A DNA stretch of 64,000 nt, from NCBI GenBank assembly GCA_030650425.1, contig JAUSED010000009.1, positions 142,846 through 206,845 of the forward strand, given 5' to 3'. Under the pieces are notes generated by a model that saw only the letters and a list, made by a program, of their open reading frames with translations, searched no databases and was not told where the DNA came from. The DNA is from Candidatus Omnitrophota bacterium. GTDB lineage: Bacteria; Omnitrophota; Gorgyraeia; Gygaellales; Profunditerraquicolaceae. Within the stretch, counting starts at the first letter, position 1; each line of letters begins with the position of its first letter. Positions 28,259 to 37,032 of this stretch are shown here, piece after piece. The translations under genes were made by a program, and so were the position numbers.

Positions 28259-28311
28259 AGGGACAGTTTCCTGTCCGGCCTCCGTGAATAGCCATCTACG
28301 GAAACTGTCCC
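28259..28311. repeat. Variant hairpin element GGGGACAGTTTCC...GGAAACTGTCCC (compensatory variant of the GGGGACACTTTCC family)
   Basis: C-to-G change in left arm matched by G-to-C in right arm; loop retains gaatagccatctacgg. Confidence 0.75.
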
Positions 28312-28336
28312 TTGAACCGCTTTATTGATTACTTCT

Positions 28337-28528
28337 TTAACGTCCTTCGTTCTTACGCTTGGAATAACATTCCTTGCAGTATATCGGACGGTCTTCTCTG
28401 GGTTTAAAAGGAACTTCGCACTCTTTTTTACATTCTGAACAAACCGCTTTGTGCATCTCCCTTGGCCCGCCAAATCCACCGCCACCACCACCTTGATACG
28501 CCATCTTGCTGCCTCCTTGTTGGTACAA
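28337..28528 (-). CDS. Small Gly-rich protein with C-terminal CxxC...CxxC zinc ribbon
   Basis: GGGGGGFGG then CSECKKECEVPFKPREDRPIYCKECY. Confidence 0.4.
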   Translation of the reverse strand: MYQQGGSKMAYQGGGGGGFGGPREMHKAVCSECKKECEVPFKPREDRPIYCKECYSKRKNEGR

Positions 28529-28567
28529 CTTTGCTACACCCGAAAGGTGACCATCACCTTTCTTATT

Positions 28568-29062
28568 TTACCTATAATTCCCAAAATTAAGCGGGATAGA
28601 AAAATCCAAACCGCGTAGATGCGCGATCACTCCCTGCAGTTCATCTTTCTTTGGGGAGCTTACCTTTATCTTCTCCCCTTCGATCTGGGTTTGTACCTTG
28701 AGCCCCAAACCTTTAATGATATTCACCAATTCTTTGGCCTTTTCCTTCTCAATCCCCATGCAAATCTCCGCTGCCTGACGCAGATAACCTTCAAAAGCCT
28801 TTTCAGGCTGATTAAATTTAAGCGATTTAAGCGAAACTCCCCTTTTGGCCAGCCGCGTAGCCAGCATATCAGTAAGAGCGCGCAGTTTGAATTCATCATC
28901 CGCAACCAGAGTAATCTTATTCTCTTCGCGGTCAAAGGCAATCGAGGCCTTGCTATCTTTAAAATCATAACGCTGGGAGAGCTCCTTACAGGCTTGATTT
29001 ACCGCGTTATCCACTTCTTGTAAATCCACCTCCGAGATAATATCAAAAGAAAAATTTGCCAT
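28568..29062 (-). CDS. yajQ: YajQ-family (UPF0234) nucleotide/c-di-GMP-binding protein
   Basis: MANFSFDIISEVDLQEVDNAVNQ...SFDIV-type signature throughout. Confidence 0.8.
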   Translation of the reverse strand: MANFSFDIISEVDLQEVDNAVNQACKELSQRYDFKDSKASIAFDREENKITLVADDEFKLRALTDMLATRLAKRGVSLKSLKFNQPEKAFEGYLRQAAEICMGIEKEKAKELVNIIKGLGLKVQTQIEGEKIKVSSPKKDELQGVIAHLRGLDFSIPLNFGNYR

Positions 29063-29073
29063 TACCTATCTCC

Positions 29074-29481
29074 CTATTTTTTAATTACCTTAAAGGAATT
29101 AAAACTTTTATCACTCTTCTCTCCGCCGAAGGCAACCCGTATCAGACTCCAGGTATAAATTTGACTGTCATCAAATAAATCAGCTTTAATTTTAATCGAA
29201 GATTCTCCCGGAGATATATTTTGTTTATAGATCAGGGCTGATTCGTACATACTATAACCTCTATATATTTTAAAGATGAAATGATCTGTCCCTATGTAGG
29301 TATTAAACCATCGAAACTCCAATGGGTTATTTCCGAACAATATAGCCGTATCATAGATAGGATAAAGCAGCCGTGGCTCCGGCGGCGTGCCCATACGAGT
29401 AAACCTGACATCGTTGGCAGAAAGATAGGTGGTAAAAAATAAAACCAAAGCCACAACTATCAATACCCAACTCTTTTTCAT
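29074..29481 (-). CDS. Secreted hypothetical protein
   Basis: Signal peptide MKKSWVLIVVALVLFFTTYLSA. Confidence 0.35.
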   Translation of the reverse strand: MKKSWVLIVVALVLFFTTYLSANDVRFTRMGTPPEPRLLYPIYDTAILFGNNPLEFRWFNTYIGTDHFIFKIYRGYSMYESALIYKQNISPGESSIKIKADLFDDSQIYTWSLIRVAFGGEKSDKSFNSFKVIKK

Positions 29482-29988
29482 TTACTTGGAGCGATCCAAA
29501 TCGATGATTTTAGTATTGCCAAATATTGTCCTAGTCACAGGCTTGGAAAGATTGCTTAACTTGTCCGTAACATCACTTATACGTTCGAAATTACCTTTGA
29601 TTGTACTCAATCTATCTCTTATCTCTTGAGGAAGATTGAGTTTCTTAGCCTCGTCTTCAATCAATTGGAAATTGCCTCGGATGACTAAAAGCGGATTACT
29701 AATCTGGTCGCCTAAGGTTAAAGTAGTTTCGGTGATGGCGGCAAGCCTGTTCTTTTCAACCAGCTCAGAGATCAATGCCATGAGCATCTTCCTCCCCACC
29801 ACTATCCCCAAAATAAAAACTATCACCGTAAAAAACATAACATAGCCTATCTGGCCGACGAAAACCTTAAAGGAAGAAACCTTGCTTACCAAAAGATAAA
29901 CGAAAACCAAGAAAGGAATGACGCCGATAAGGCAAACCGCCAGGTTAAAATTACGCCTTTCTTTTACAATTAGTTCTTTAACAGACAT
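29482..29988 (-). CDS. Hypothetical membrane protein
   Basis: Two N-terminal TM helices, coiled C-terminal region. Confidence 0.35.
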   Translation of the reverse strand: MSVKELIVKERRNFNLAVCLIGVIPFLVFVYLLVSKVSSFKVFVGQIGYVMFFTVIVFILGIVVGRKMLMALISELVEKNRLAAITETTLTLGDQISNPLLVIRGNFQLIEDEAKKLNLPQEIRDRLSTIKGNFERISDVTDKLSNLSKPVTRTIFGNTKIIDLDRSK

Positions 29989-30437
29989 CGCTTTCTCCTT
30001 TTAAGTATTAACAAAAGCGCTGCGTAAGAAATCAGGCCTAAAATTAAAGAGATTACAAGATATCCGCAGATGACCGGAAGGATAATCTTTAAAAGGGATA
30101 CACTGAATAAGTTTTGCCAATGCCAGTTAGTTAAAAGCAAAGACCAGTCATTCTTCAAACCCTGCCAGCTAACCTTAAATATAGCAGAACCGGTTTTAAT
30201 TGCCAAGAGAAAAGTTACTAAACTTAACCAGGTATTAGTAAGGATGCTCCCTGCTAAAGCGCTGGCCCGGTTTACCCTAAACACGAATGCCAGGAATAAA
30301 GCCGCTAGCGGCCCGGCCCCGGGTAAAATCCCCGCGAATACCCCTATGCCGAAACCCGCGGCAATCTTTTGCGGCGTATCATTAATGATAAAGAGTTTCT
30401 GGTATAAAAAATCCTTAATTCTCAAAATTCTATTCAT
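29970..30437 (-). CDS. DUF2062-like membrane protein
   Basis: IAAGFGIGVFAGILPGAGPLAALFLAFVFRVN pattern. Confidence 0.5.
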   Translation of the reverse strand: MNRILRIKDFLYQKLFIINDTPQKIAAGFGIGVFAGILPGAGPLAALFLAFVFRVNRASALAGSILTNTWLSLVTFLLAIKTGSAIFKVSWQGLKNDWSLLLTNWHWQNLFSVSLLKIILPVICGYLVISLILGLISYAALLLILKRRKRCLLKN

Positions 30438-31416
30438 CTTTTAAGACTGATTTTATATTCACTCCGGCAAATCTCTCTAAACCGTAAGATTCCTGGATCC
30501 AACCCTTCCCTAAACCATACTTCTCCATAATCTCTCTTGCCTCTTTATATTCTTTAAGTTTCAGCCTGCGATTAATCTCTTTAAATTCCGCCGCCCGATG
30601 ATACGGTAGATACTGGCTCATCAGGCTGATATAAGTATCGCGGGATAATTCCTCAGCAATAAATTTCATAATCTTTTCTGTACCAGATAGATTATTGGGT
30701 AGCACAAGGTGCCTGATGATTATTCCGCGCTCAATGATCCCTGATTCATCCATCCGCGCTATACCGGCCTGTCGATACATCTCCTTAATTATCTTGCGGT
30801 TATATTTTGGATAACCCGGAGCATTGGAGAACTTAACCGAAAATTCCTCATCGGCATAGCGCATATCCGGTAAATATATATCGATGATTCCATCCAACAA
30901 TTTTATTATTTCTGGTAGTTCATAACCACTGGTATTATAGACTAATGGTATATTTAACCCCGCTGATATGGCGATTTCCAAGCTCTTAAGTATCTGCGGC
31001 AAAACATGGGTAGGAGTAACTAAATTGATATTGTGGCACCCCATTCCCTGCAATTCCAGCATAAATCCGGCTAAATCCTCAAATTCAACTTCCCTCCCCT
31101 GGCCTAGCTGGCTAAATTCATAGTTTTGGCAATAAAGGCAACCCATGTTGCAGTTTGCAAAGAAGATTGTGCCGGAACCCTTGATGCCGGATATTGCCGG
31201 CTCTTCCCCCTGATGCGCCATATAGCTGTAAACCTTAGGTTTTAACCCCGTCTTACAGAAACCTTTTTCATTCTTAATCCGGTTTACTTTACACTTCCGC
31301 GGACAGATGGAACAGAATTCCAGCTCTTTAAAAAGCCTATCGATTGCCTTATCAAGGCTTCCGTTTTCAAAAGCCTCTAAATAAACGGGTTTATTTATCC
31401 TTGATCTGTTTGGCAT
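30430..31416 (-). CDS. AmmeMemoRadiSam-system radical SAM enzyme
   Basis: N-terminal CSICPRKCKVNRIKNEKGFCKTG plus radical SAM CNMGCLYC; length and overall sequence fit this family. Confidence 0.75.
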   Translation of the reverse strand: MPNRSRINKPVYLEAFENGSLDKAIDRLFKELEFCSICPRKCKVNRIKNEKGFCKTGLKPKVYSYMAHQGEEPAISGIKGSGTIFFANCNMGCLYCQNYEFSQLGQGREVEFEDLAGFMLELQGMGCHNINLVTPTHVLPQILKSLEIAISAGLNIPLVYNTSGYELPEIIKLLDGIIDIYLPDMRYADEEFSVKFSNAPGYPKYNRKIIKEMYRQAGIARMDESGIIERGIIIRHLVLPNNLSGTEKIMKFIAEELSRDTYISLMSQYLPYHRAAEFKEINRRLKLKEYKEAREIMEKYGLGKGWIQESYGLERFAGVNIKSVLKDE

Positions 31417-31918
31417 ACAATTCTCTGATTTGATTAAAAATCTCTATGTATTCAGGGGTTCTAAAATCAGGGTAGGTCCATTGCCACGCTTCAAAGCTTT
31501 TTCCCCGGTAAAACAAAGTAGTTTCCGCGTATATACCTTTATCCAGATATACCCGGTGAATATAGTCCTTAGTTGAAACTAAGATAAGCTTCGCCAAATC
31601 CAGGTATCCCGGATCAATATTGACCAGACGATGGCCTTTAGAAGATAATCTATTTTCTATCTTATTAGTTAAAATTTTTATACCGGTGATTTCCCGCGGC
31701 TGGATAAGCTTGCTAAAGCTTACAAACACCCGAGACAAATCTTTACCAAATTCTTCCTGATAATATTCCGTAAGCGTAAACGGAATAACCCGGCTTTCAA
31801 AATCAATTTTTCCAAAACGCCGGATAAGGAGAAATTTTGACCTGCAAAACGCCTGCTCATCTTTAAAAATAAAACCGACAATAAGCTTAACTGGCTTAGT
31901 GGGAGCTATTTTCCCCAT
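31391..31918 (-). CDS. Hypothetical protein overlapping/coupled with the radical SAM gene
   Basis: 175-aa ORF, 26-nt overlap with downstream gene. Confidence 0.35.
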   Translation of the reverse strand: MGKIAPTKPVKLIVGFIFKDEQAFCRSKFLLIRRFGKIDFESRVIPFTLTEYYQEEFGKDLSRVFVSFSKLIQPREITGIKILTNKIENRLSSKGHRLVNIDPGYLDLAKLILVSTKDYIHRVYLDKGIYAETTLFYRGKSFEAWQWTYPDFRTPEYIEIFNQIRELYAKQIKDK

Positions 31919-32304
31919 CTCTTGCCTGGAGAAGCTGCTCTGGCTGGATCTTGAGGCAGAAACTGATTGATGTATTCAGTGATAATCTTACGCTGGGAAT
32001 TGTTTATCCGGCTAAAAAAGATAGCAATATTAAAATTATCTTTATCTTTATCCTCTGTCCGGACAATTGTGCCCTGGCAATCAATGGTGCAGTGTTTATC
32101 GCTCTCTTTGGCCCTAATCGGAAGAGTTAATTTAATGGAGACCCTCGTAAAAGGAGGTATATATTTGTTGATCTGGCAATAAGCGCCTAAACAGCTTATA
32201 TTCTCTGTAGTCGTGGAAAAATCATAGCCATTGGCAGCAACCTTAAAAGGAAGATTCTGTTGGAGACGCGGATGCACCCTTCTCTCTAGTCCGGACTTTT
32301 TCAT
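31906..32304 (-). CDS. PilZ-domain protein
   Basis: RRVHPRL...ENISCLGAYCQ (RxxxR...D/NxSxxG). Confidence 0.65.
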   Translation of the reverse strand: MKKSGLERRVHPRLQQNLPFKVAANGYDFSTTTENISCLGAYCQINKYIPPFTRVSIKLTLPIRAKESDKHCTIDCQGTIVRTEDKDKDNFNIAIFFSRINNSQRKIITEYINQFLPQDPARAASPGKRWGK

Positions 32305-32486
32305 TTCTGGGCTGTTTTAGCTTTCTTAATAAAATTCGACCAGCATCTTTTGGTACAATAATATTTGCCGTCACGATAATAACGCCTTATTTTCTTAATC
32401 GGTTTGTTACAGCTTAAACAATTTGTTTGCTTCTCTTCTTTGGGTTTAGCCTCTGCTTGAACGGGGGCCTTAGATTCAGTTGCCAT
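32301..32486 (-). CDS. Small Cys-rich (zinc-ribbon-like) protein
   Basis: CLSCNKPI...YYCTKRCW. Confidence 0.35.
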   Translation of the reverse strand: MATESKAPVQAEAKPKEEKQTNCLSCNKPIKKIRRYYRDGKYYCTKRCWSNFIKKAKTAQK

Positions 32487-32504
32487 CTTGCTTAGTTTCC
32501 TTTC

Positions 32505-32852
32505 TTAAAACCTGTTAGTTTGCATGTGAATATAATCTTCCAAATAATGCCTCTCAAACTGATCCATCTCCAGAAATTCTACTCCTAAACTTCGCTGATC
32601 AGAATGAGGTAAAGGCTGGCACCAGGCAACTCTTCCGATTGGATGCAGGACTCTGGATAATACATTAATTTCCAGCATGAGCGGGGTCTGAGGCGCAATG
32701 TATTTATGCGTGTTAAAACCTACGCCGAAAATACTTATATTATTAGAAATAACGTTAGCAAATTCCGAAGCAACCCCTCTTACGTGATAGCGCATTTCGG
32801 CTCGTAAGCCTACTCTTGGGGATCGCCTCCTGACTTCTTGATTCGTAACCAA
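32505..32852 (-). CDS. PilZ-domain protein
   Basis: RRRSPRVGLR...NISIFGVGF. Confidence 0.65.
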   Translation of the reverse strand: MVTNQEVRRRSPRVGLRAEMRYHVRGVASEFANVISNNISIFGVGFNTHKYIAPQTPLMLEINVLSRVLHPIGRVAWCQPLPHSDQRSLGVEFLEMDQFERHYLEDYIHMQTNRF

Positions 32853-32965
32853 GACCCTCCTTTTTTTAAACAGGAGAAACCGTGGTTCTCTTCTTTTTTA
32901 AAGAATACCATAAATTTTAGAAGATGTCAACTTTACAAATTAATTATTTTTGCTATAATGCATTT

Positions 32966-33793
32966 ATGTATTGTAAATTCTATGGACTTAAAGAACGGCC
33001 TTTCAATGTTACCTCTGACCCGGATTTCTTTTTTTTAAGCGCCAGGCATAAAGAAGCCCTGGCCCACCTGCACTACGGAGTGAACCAACGTAAGGGCATT
33101 ATTGTTTTAAGCGGCGAAATAGGCACAGGGAAAACGACTATCTGCAGATTCTTTATTAATCAGTTGGAAAAGAATGTGCGTACCGCCCTCATCCTAAACC
33201 CTCATTTTTCGGAAATACAACTATTAGAAGCGATTGTCAGGGATTTCGGCATAAACGCGGACAATCAAAACCGTCTGGGCTTGGTCAGAGAATTAAATTC
33301 TTTTTTACTTAATGAATCGGGGTGCGGGAATAACGTGGTTCTGATTATCGATGAAGCTCAGAATTTAAAGCCCGCGGTGCTTGAGCAAATCCGCCTCCTT
33401 TCAAATTTGGAGACTGAAAAAGAAAAACTCCTGCAGGTTATCCTCGTGGGACAACCGGAATTAAACACCCGGCTAAATCTTTATGAATTACGCCAGTTAA
33501 GGCAAAGGATAATGGTCAGGTACCATATCCTCCCCTTAGAACGCGCTGAAATAAGGGATTATATTAAACACCGGCTTGACGTCGCGGGATTAGCCAGCAC
33601 AGAGATAGAGTTCAGCGAAGAAGCGATCATGGCTATCGCGGATTTTTCCTGCGGGACTCCGCGCTTAATTAATATGCTTTGCGATCGGGCGCTGCTGGCG
33701 GGATTTAACGCTGAAACCCGTAAAATCGATCAGAATATTATTAATAAGTGCCTCGAAGAATTAAATAGTTACGTTACGGAGTTTAAGGTATGA
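32966..33793 (+). CDS. ExeA/GspA-like AAA ATPase
   Basis: FYGLKERPFNVTSDPDFFF...LSGEIGTGKTT Walker A; typical ExeA N-terminus. Confidence 0.75.
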   Translation: MYCKFYGLKERPFNVTSDPDFFFLSARHKEALAHLHYGVNQRKGIIVLSGEIGTGKTTICRFFINQLEKNVRTALILNPHFSEIQLLEAIVRDFGINADNQNRLGLVRELNSFLLNESGCGNNVVLIIDEAQNLKPAVLEQIRLLSNLETEKEKLLQVILVGQPELNTRLNLYELRQLRQRIMVRYHILPLERAEIRDYIKHRLDVAGLASTEIEFSEEAIMAIADFSCGTPRLINMLCDRALLAGFNAETRKIDQNIINKCLEELNSYVTEFKV

Positions 33794-34293
33794 GCATAAT
33801 CTATGACGCTTTAAAAAAAGTGCAGAAGAATAATGGCAAAGATGAAACTCCGCAGGAAGAGACCGCCCAACCTGTCAAAACTAAGATAAAAATTAACCCT
33901 ATGCTTATTTATATACTAGTAGTCTGCCTCGGGTTAGCATTAGGCAATCTTGCCTATAATTTTTTTGGCCATTCCAATAATATGGTTCCATCTAACAAAG
34001 AGGTTGCTGGTCAGTCAAAAGCAAACCCTCCCCTTCAAACTCTTAGCCAAACAGGAACAGCTCTACCCCTAAAGCCGGATACTTCCGCTAATCCCACCCC
34101 CCCGGCTAACCCAGAACCAACTCTGGCCTTAAATGGCGTATTCTTTGAACAAGGAGAAGGCTACGCTTTGATTAATAACAAGATTGTCAGGGTGGGAGAC
34201 GAAATCAGCAACGCAAAGGTAAAAGAAATCGCTATAACTGGCGTAGAACTGGAATTTGAGGGTAAAACGATTAAACTTGCCAGCCCTTCTTAG
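33790..34293 (+). CDS. GspB-like protein (partner of ExeA)
   Basis: MSIIYDALKKVQ N-terminus, single TM, Pro/Thr-rich linker; 4-nt overlap with exeA-like gene. Confidence 0.55.
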   Translation: MSIIYDALKKVQKNNGKDETPQEETAQPVKTKIKINPMLIYILVVCLGLALGNLAYNFFGHSNNMVPSNKEVAGQSKANPPLQTLSQTGTALPLKPDTSANPTPPANPEPTLALNGVFFEQGEGYALINNKIVRVGDEISNAKVKEIAITGVELEFEGKTIKLASPS

Positions 34294-35407
34294 ATTGCTT
34301 CGCCACTCGCTTTGCTCGTGGCTCGCAATGACAAAGTATCGCCGCCTCGATAATTTCTAGAGGAACATTCTCTACGATTTTAGTCTTTCCTAATCCGGTA
34401 AGTAAAACCAATCTGTTTTTAGCTCCCCTAAATTTTTTATCCCGGTGAAAAGACTTGATTATGCCTTTAAGGGAGACGCCCTTAATCACCGCTGGAAGCC
34501 CGAATTCTTTTATAAGATTTTCTACTCTTGCTTTTAAACGGCTATTGATCAGGCCCATCTTTTGGCTTATCTCTAAAGCAATCAGCATTCCTAAAGCCAC
34601 TGCCTCCCCATGCGCATACCGGCTAAACCCCGACGCGGATTCAATAGCGTGCCCTAGCGTATGGCCAAAGTTCAAGACCGTCCTTATTCCTCTTTCTTCC
34701 CTTTCATCAGCCTGCACAATATCCGCCTTTATTTTACTGGAAACGCTGACGATATGTTCCAAGGCGGAGTTCTTAAGGCTAAAAATATTTTTTCGCTCAT
34801 TTTCTAAATACGCGAAAAGCCGCGGATCTTTGATTACGCCGTATTTAATTACCTCGGCTAAGCCGGCGCGCAGTTGCCTGAGGCTAAGGGTCTCTAGCAG
34901 CCCAACATCGCTAAGCACCAAACGCGGCTGGTAAAATGCCCCGATTAAGTTCTTCCCCTCTTCCAAGTCAACTGCTGTTTTCCCTCCGATAGCAGAATCT
35001 ACCTGCGCCAGTAAAGTCGTGGGTACTTGCAGATAAGGGATCCCGCGCTTATAGATCGAGGCAACTAACCCGCTTAAATCTCCAACCACGCCTCCGCCCA
35101 AGGCAATAATGAAAGTTCGTTTCTTCAGGTCAAATTTAGCTAAATCTTTAATCACGGCAGATAACACGGGAATGGATTTACTTTTTTCAGTATCGGGGAT
35201 AGTCTTAATCTTAAAATTAAAACCGGTTTTTTCCAATTCCCTGACTAAGGCAGGGAAACATTTATGCTTGACTAAAGGATTAGTAATGATATAAGCGCTC
35301 TTACCCAGATTGAGTTTTTTGATATATTTACCCAACAGGCGGATTGAATTTTTACCTACGACTATATCGTAAGAACGCAAACCCAACTTTAGTCTGATAA
35401 TGCGCAT
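34271..35407 (-). CDS. aroB: 3-dehydroquinate synthase
   Basis: GGGVVGDLSGLVAS...VPTTLLAQVDSAIGGKTAVD; C-terminal ~20 aa are repeat-encoded. Confidence 0.85.
   Translation of the reverse strand: MRIIRLKLGLRSYDIVVGKNSIRLLGKYIKKLNLGKSAYIITNPLVKHKCFPALVRELEKTGFNFKIKTIPDTEKSKSIPVLSAVIKDLAKFDLKKRTFIIALGGGVVGDLSGLVASIYKRGIPYLQVPTTLLAQVDSAIGGKTAVDLEEGKNLIGAFYQPRLVLSDVGLLETLSLRQLRAGLAEVIKYGVIKDPRLFAYLENERKNIFSLKNSALEHIVSVSSKIKADIVQADEREERGIRTVLNFGHTLGHAIESASGFSRYAHGEAVALGMLIALEISQKMGLINSRLKARVENLIKEFGLPAVIKGVSLKGIIKSFHRDKKFRGAKNRLVLLTGLGKTKIVENVPLEIIEAAILCHCEPRAKRVAKQSKKGWQV
34293..34332. repeat. GTCATTGCGAG...GAAGCAATC element (reverse orientation) forming the C-terminal tail of aroB
   Basis: gattgcttcgccactcgctttgctcgtggctcgcaatgac; read on the minus strand it gives ...HCEPRAKRVAKQS at the aroB C-terminus. 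Confidence 0.75.
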
Positions 35408-35408
35408 A

Positions 35409-36170
35409 TCAACCGGCTACCTCGATAATTTTTACCTCTATCACAGGGTATTTTACTTTTAATCCGTTGATTATCGATCCTACGACTTTTACTTTCTGGC
35501 GGTTAAGGGCATCCAAACTCGCGCGGTTACCCTTTAAAAGGAAGGTTTTATGATCTGGAGTAATCAGCTTATGCGTAGCCGGCCGCATAAATACTATACC
35601 GTACGGCTGCACTATGCCCGTAAAGACCATAAGATTATCGGGGTTTTCCTGAGGAATGCTGGTTTTGTTTTGGGATACAACTTTATCAACAAACTTTTTG
35701 TGCACCCAACCGAAACTATTTTGAATGGGTTCTATTTTATACCAACCACCGGATTCAGAGACTACATCCACTATTTCATCTTTATCAGCTATGCCGACAA
35801 TAGGAGCGCTCTCGCTGGGTTTAATCCGGATATTCACCCGATCTCCCAAGATTTTAGCGCTTAAACACCGCTCAATAGAAGAAGGCCCTGCCATTTGGCT
35901 ATCCGCGTACTTTATGCAGGCGGCCAAATTTTTCTTCATGTAAACAGGGATATTTTTGGGGAGCCTGATTTTATACCAGTCGTAACTCTCTGAAACCACC
36001 TCTATCCGTTCACCCTTATTTAAGGCAGATATAACCGTCGCGCTGGTCGTCGCGTCTGAACGCAGGTTAATCTGCTTAGCGTTAATTTCACCGAAAAAAG
36101 GTGTTTCTTCGGCATAGGCCTGAGTAGAAGAAAGCGCCAAAACAGAAAACGCTAAAAAAAGAAGTTTCAT
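35409..36170 (-). CDS. Secreted protein with two bacterial SH3 domains
   Basis: Signal peptide; two SH3b-like segments (...ERIEVVSESYDWYKI..., ...EIVDVVSESGGWYKI...). Confidence 0.6.
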   Translation of the reverse strand: MKLLFLAFSVLALSSTQAYAEETPFFGEINAKQINLRSDATTSATVISALNKGERIEVVSESYDWYKIRLPKNIPVYMKKNLAACIKYADSQMAGPSSIERCLSAKILGDRVNIRIKPSESAPIVGIADKDEIVDVVSESGGWYKIEPIQNSFGWVHKKFVDKVVSQNKTSIPQENPDNLMVFTGIVQPYGIVFMRPATHKLITPDHKTFLLKGNRASLDALNRQKVKVVGSIINGLKVKYPVIEVKIIEVAG

Positions 36171-36472
36171 TTCTTTTCCTGAGCTTTAGAGGCTCCTTTT
36201 GGAGCAGCTGTTTTTGACGCAACCGCTTCTTTGGCGCCTGCTGCCGGCGCAGCTGCTGTGGTTTGTCCGGCAGTTGTGCCATCCGCTGCTTTTTCAATTT
36301 TCTCTTTCTTAATCTTAATCCTGATCGTCTTTATCTTCGGTAAACCGTAGACCTTATCCCCTTCTTTCCACTGCCCTTTTTCCAGCATATTTCTGATTCT
36401 TTCCGTGCGTTTTAATACCGATCTTTGTTTCTTGTCACTTTCCGATATTGCTAATGATGGATGTATTGACAT
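36167..36472 (-). CDS. Hypothetical Lys/Ala-rich protein
   Basis: 101-aa ORF coupled to the flanking genes. Confidence 0.3.
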   Translation of the reverse strand: MSIHPSLAISESDKKQRSVLKRTERIRNMLEKGQWKEGDKVYGLPKIKTIRIKIKKEKIEKAADGTTAGQTTAAAPAAGAKEAVASKTAAPKGASKAQEKK

Positions 36473-36476
36473 GTTT

Positions 36477-37010
36477 TTACAACCTCCTTATTTGACAACT
36501 TCCATAACGTTTATTTAATTCCACGAGCACAGATTGCGCGGCCTGCTTATTTGGAAAATTTCCCGCGCACAAAATGAAATAACCGCCTTTATTGAATAAT
36601 ATCGCGCTTAATCCTCTTTTTTTGATATTCTCCGCTTCTTTCAAGGCATTAGCTCTAGCTTTGAAGCTGGCTACCTGTATAGTAAAACCTCCTGATTGCC
36701 GGGCGGAAAGAGTATTGACCTGCTTAACCGCCTCTTCCTTTTTGACGATCAGCTGAGCAGGAACCGGCGCGCTATTAGGCACAGCTAACTTCAATTGATT
36801 ACTCCGCTCATCTAATACACTCCTTTTCCCTCTTTCAACGCCTAGAGAAAAAGCGATGATCCCGGTAACCAATACGGCTATGATAATCAAAACTGTTTTT
36901 TCGTAATTCCAGACGCGCTCAAGAAATGAATTAGCGGAATGAGCCTTAAAACCTTGCGCGTCATTCGACTGCGAAAATAATTCTAACTGAGGGTTAGTCT
37001 GCCTTTCCAT
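36477..37010 (-). CDS. SPOR-domain protein
   Basis: Single TM then C-terminal FTIQVASFKARANALKEAENIKKRGLSAILFNKGGYFILCAGNF. Confidence 0.7.
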   Translation of the reverse strand: MERQTNPQLELFSQSNDAQGFKAHSANSFLERVWNYEKTVLIIIAVLVTGIIAFSLGVERGKRSVLDERSNQLKLAVPNSAPVPAQLIVKKEEAVKQVNTLSARQSGGFTIQVASFKARANALKEAENIKKRGLSAILFNKGGYFILCAGNFPNKQAAQSVLVELNKRYGSCQIRRL

Positions 37011-37032
37011 ACCGCTATTAATTTCCCGCTAC

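Noticed and set aside
28246-28491. 81-aa minus-strand ORF overlapping the variant hairpin and the zinc-ribbon gene
   Set aside because: It overlaps a better-supported small gene and a structured repeat, with no RBS and no conserved features.
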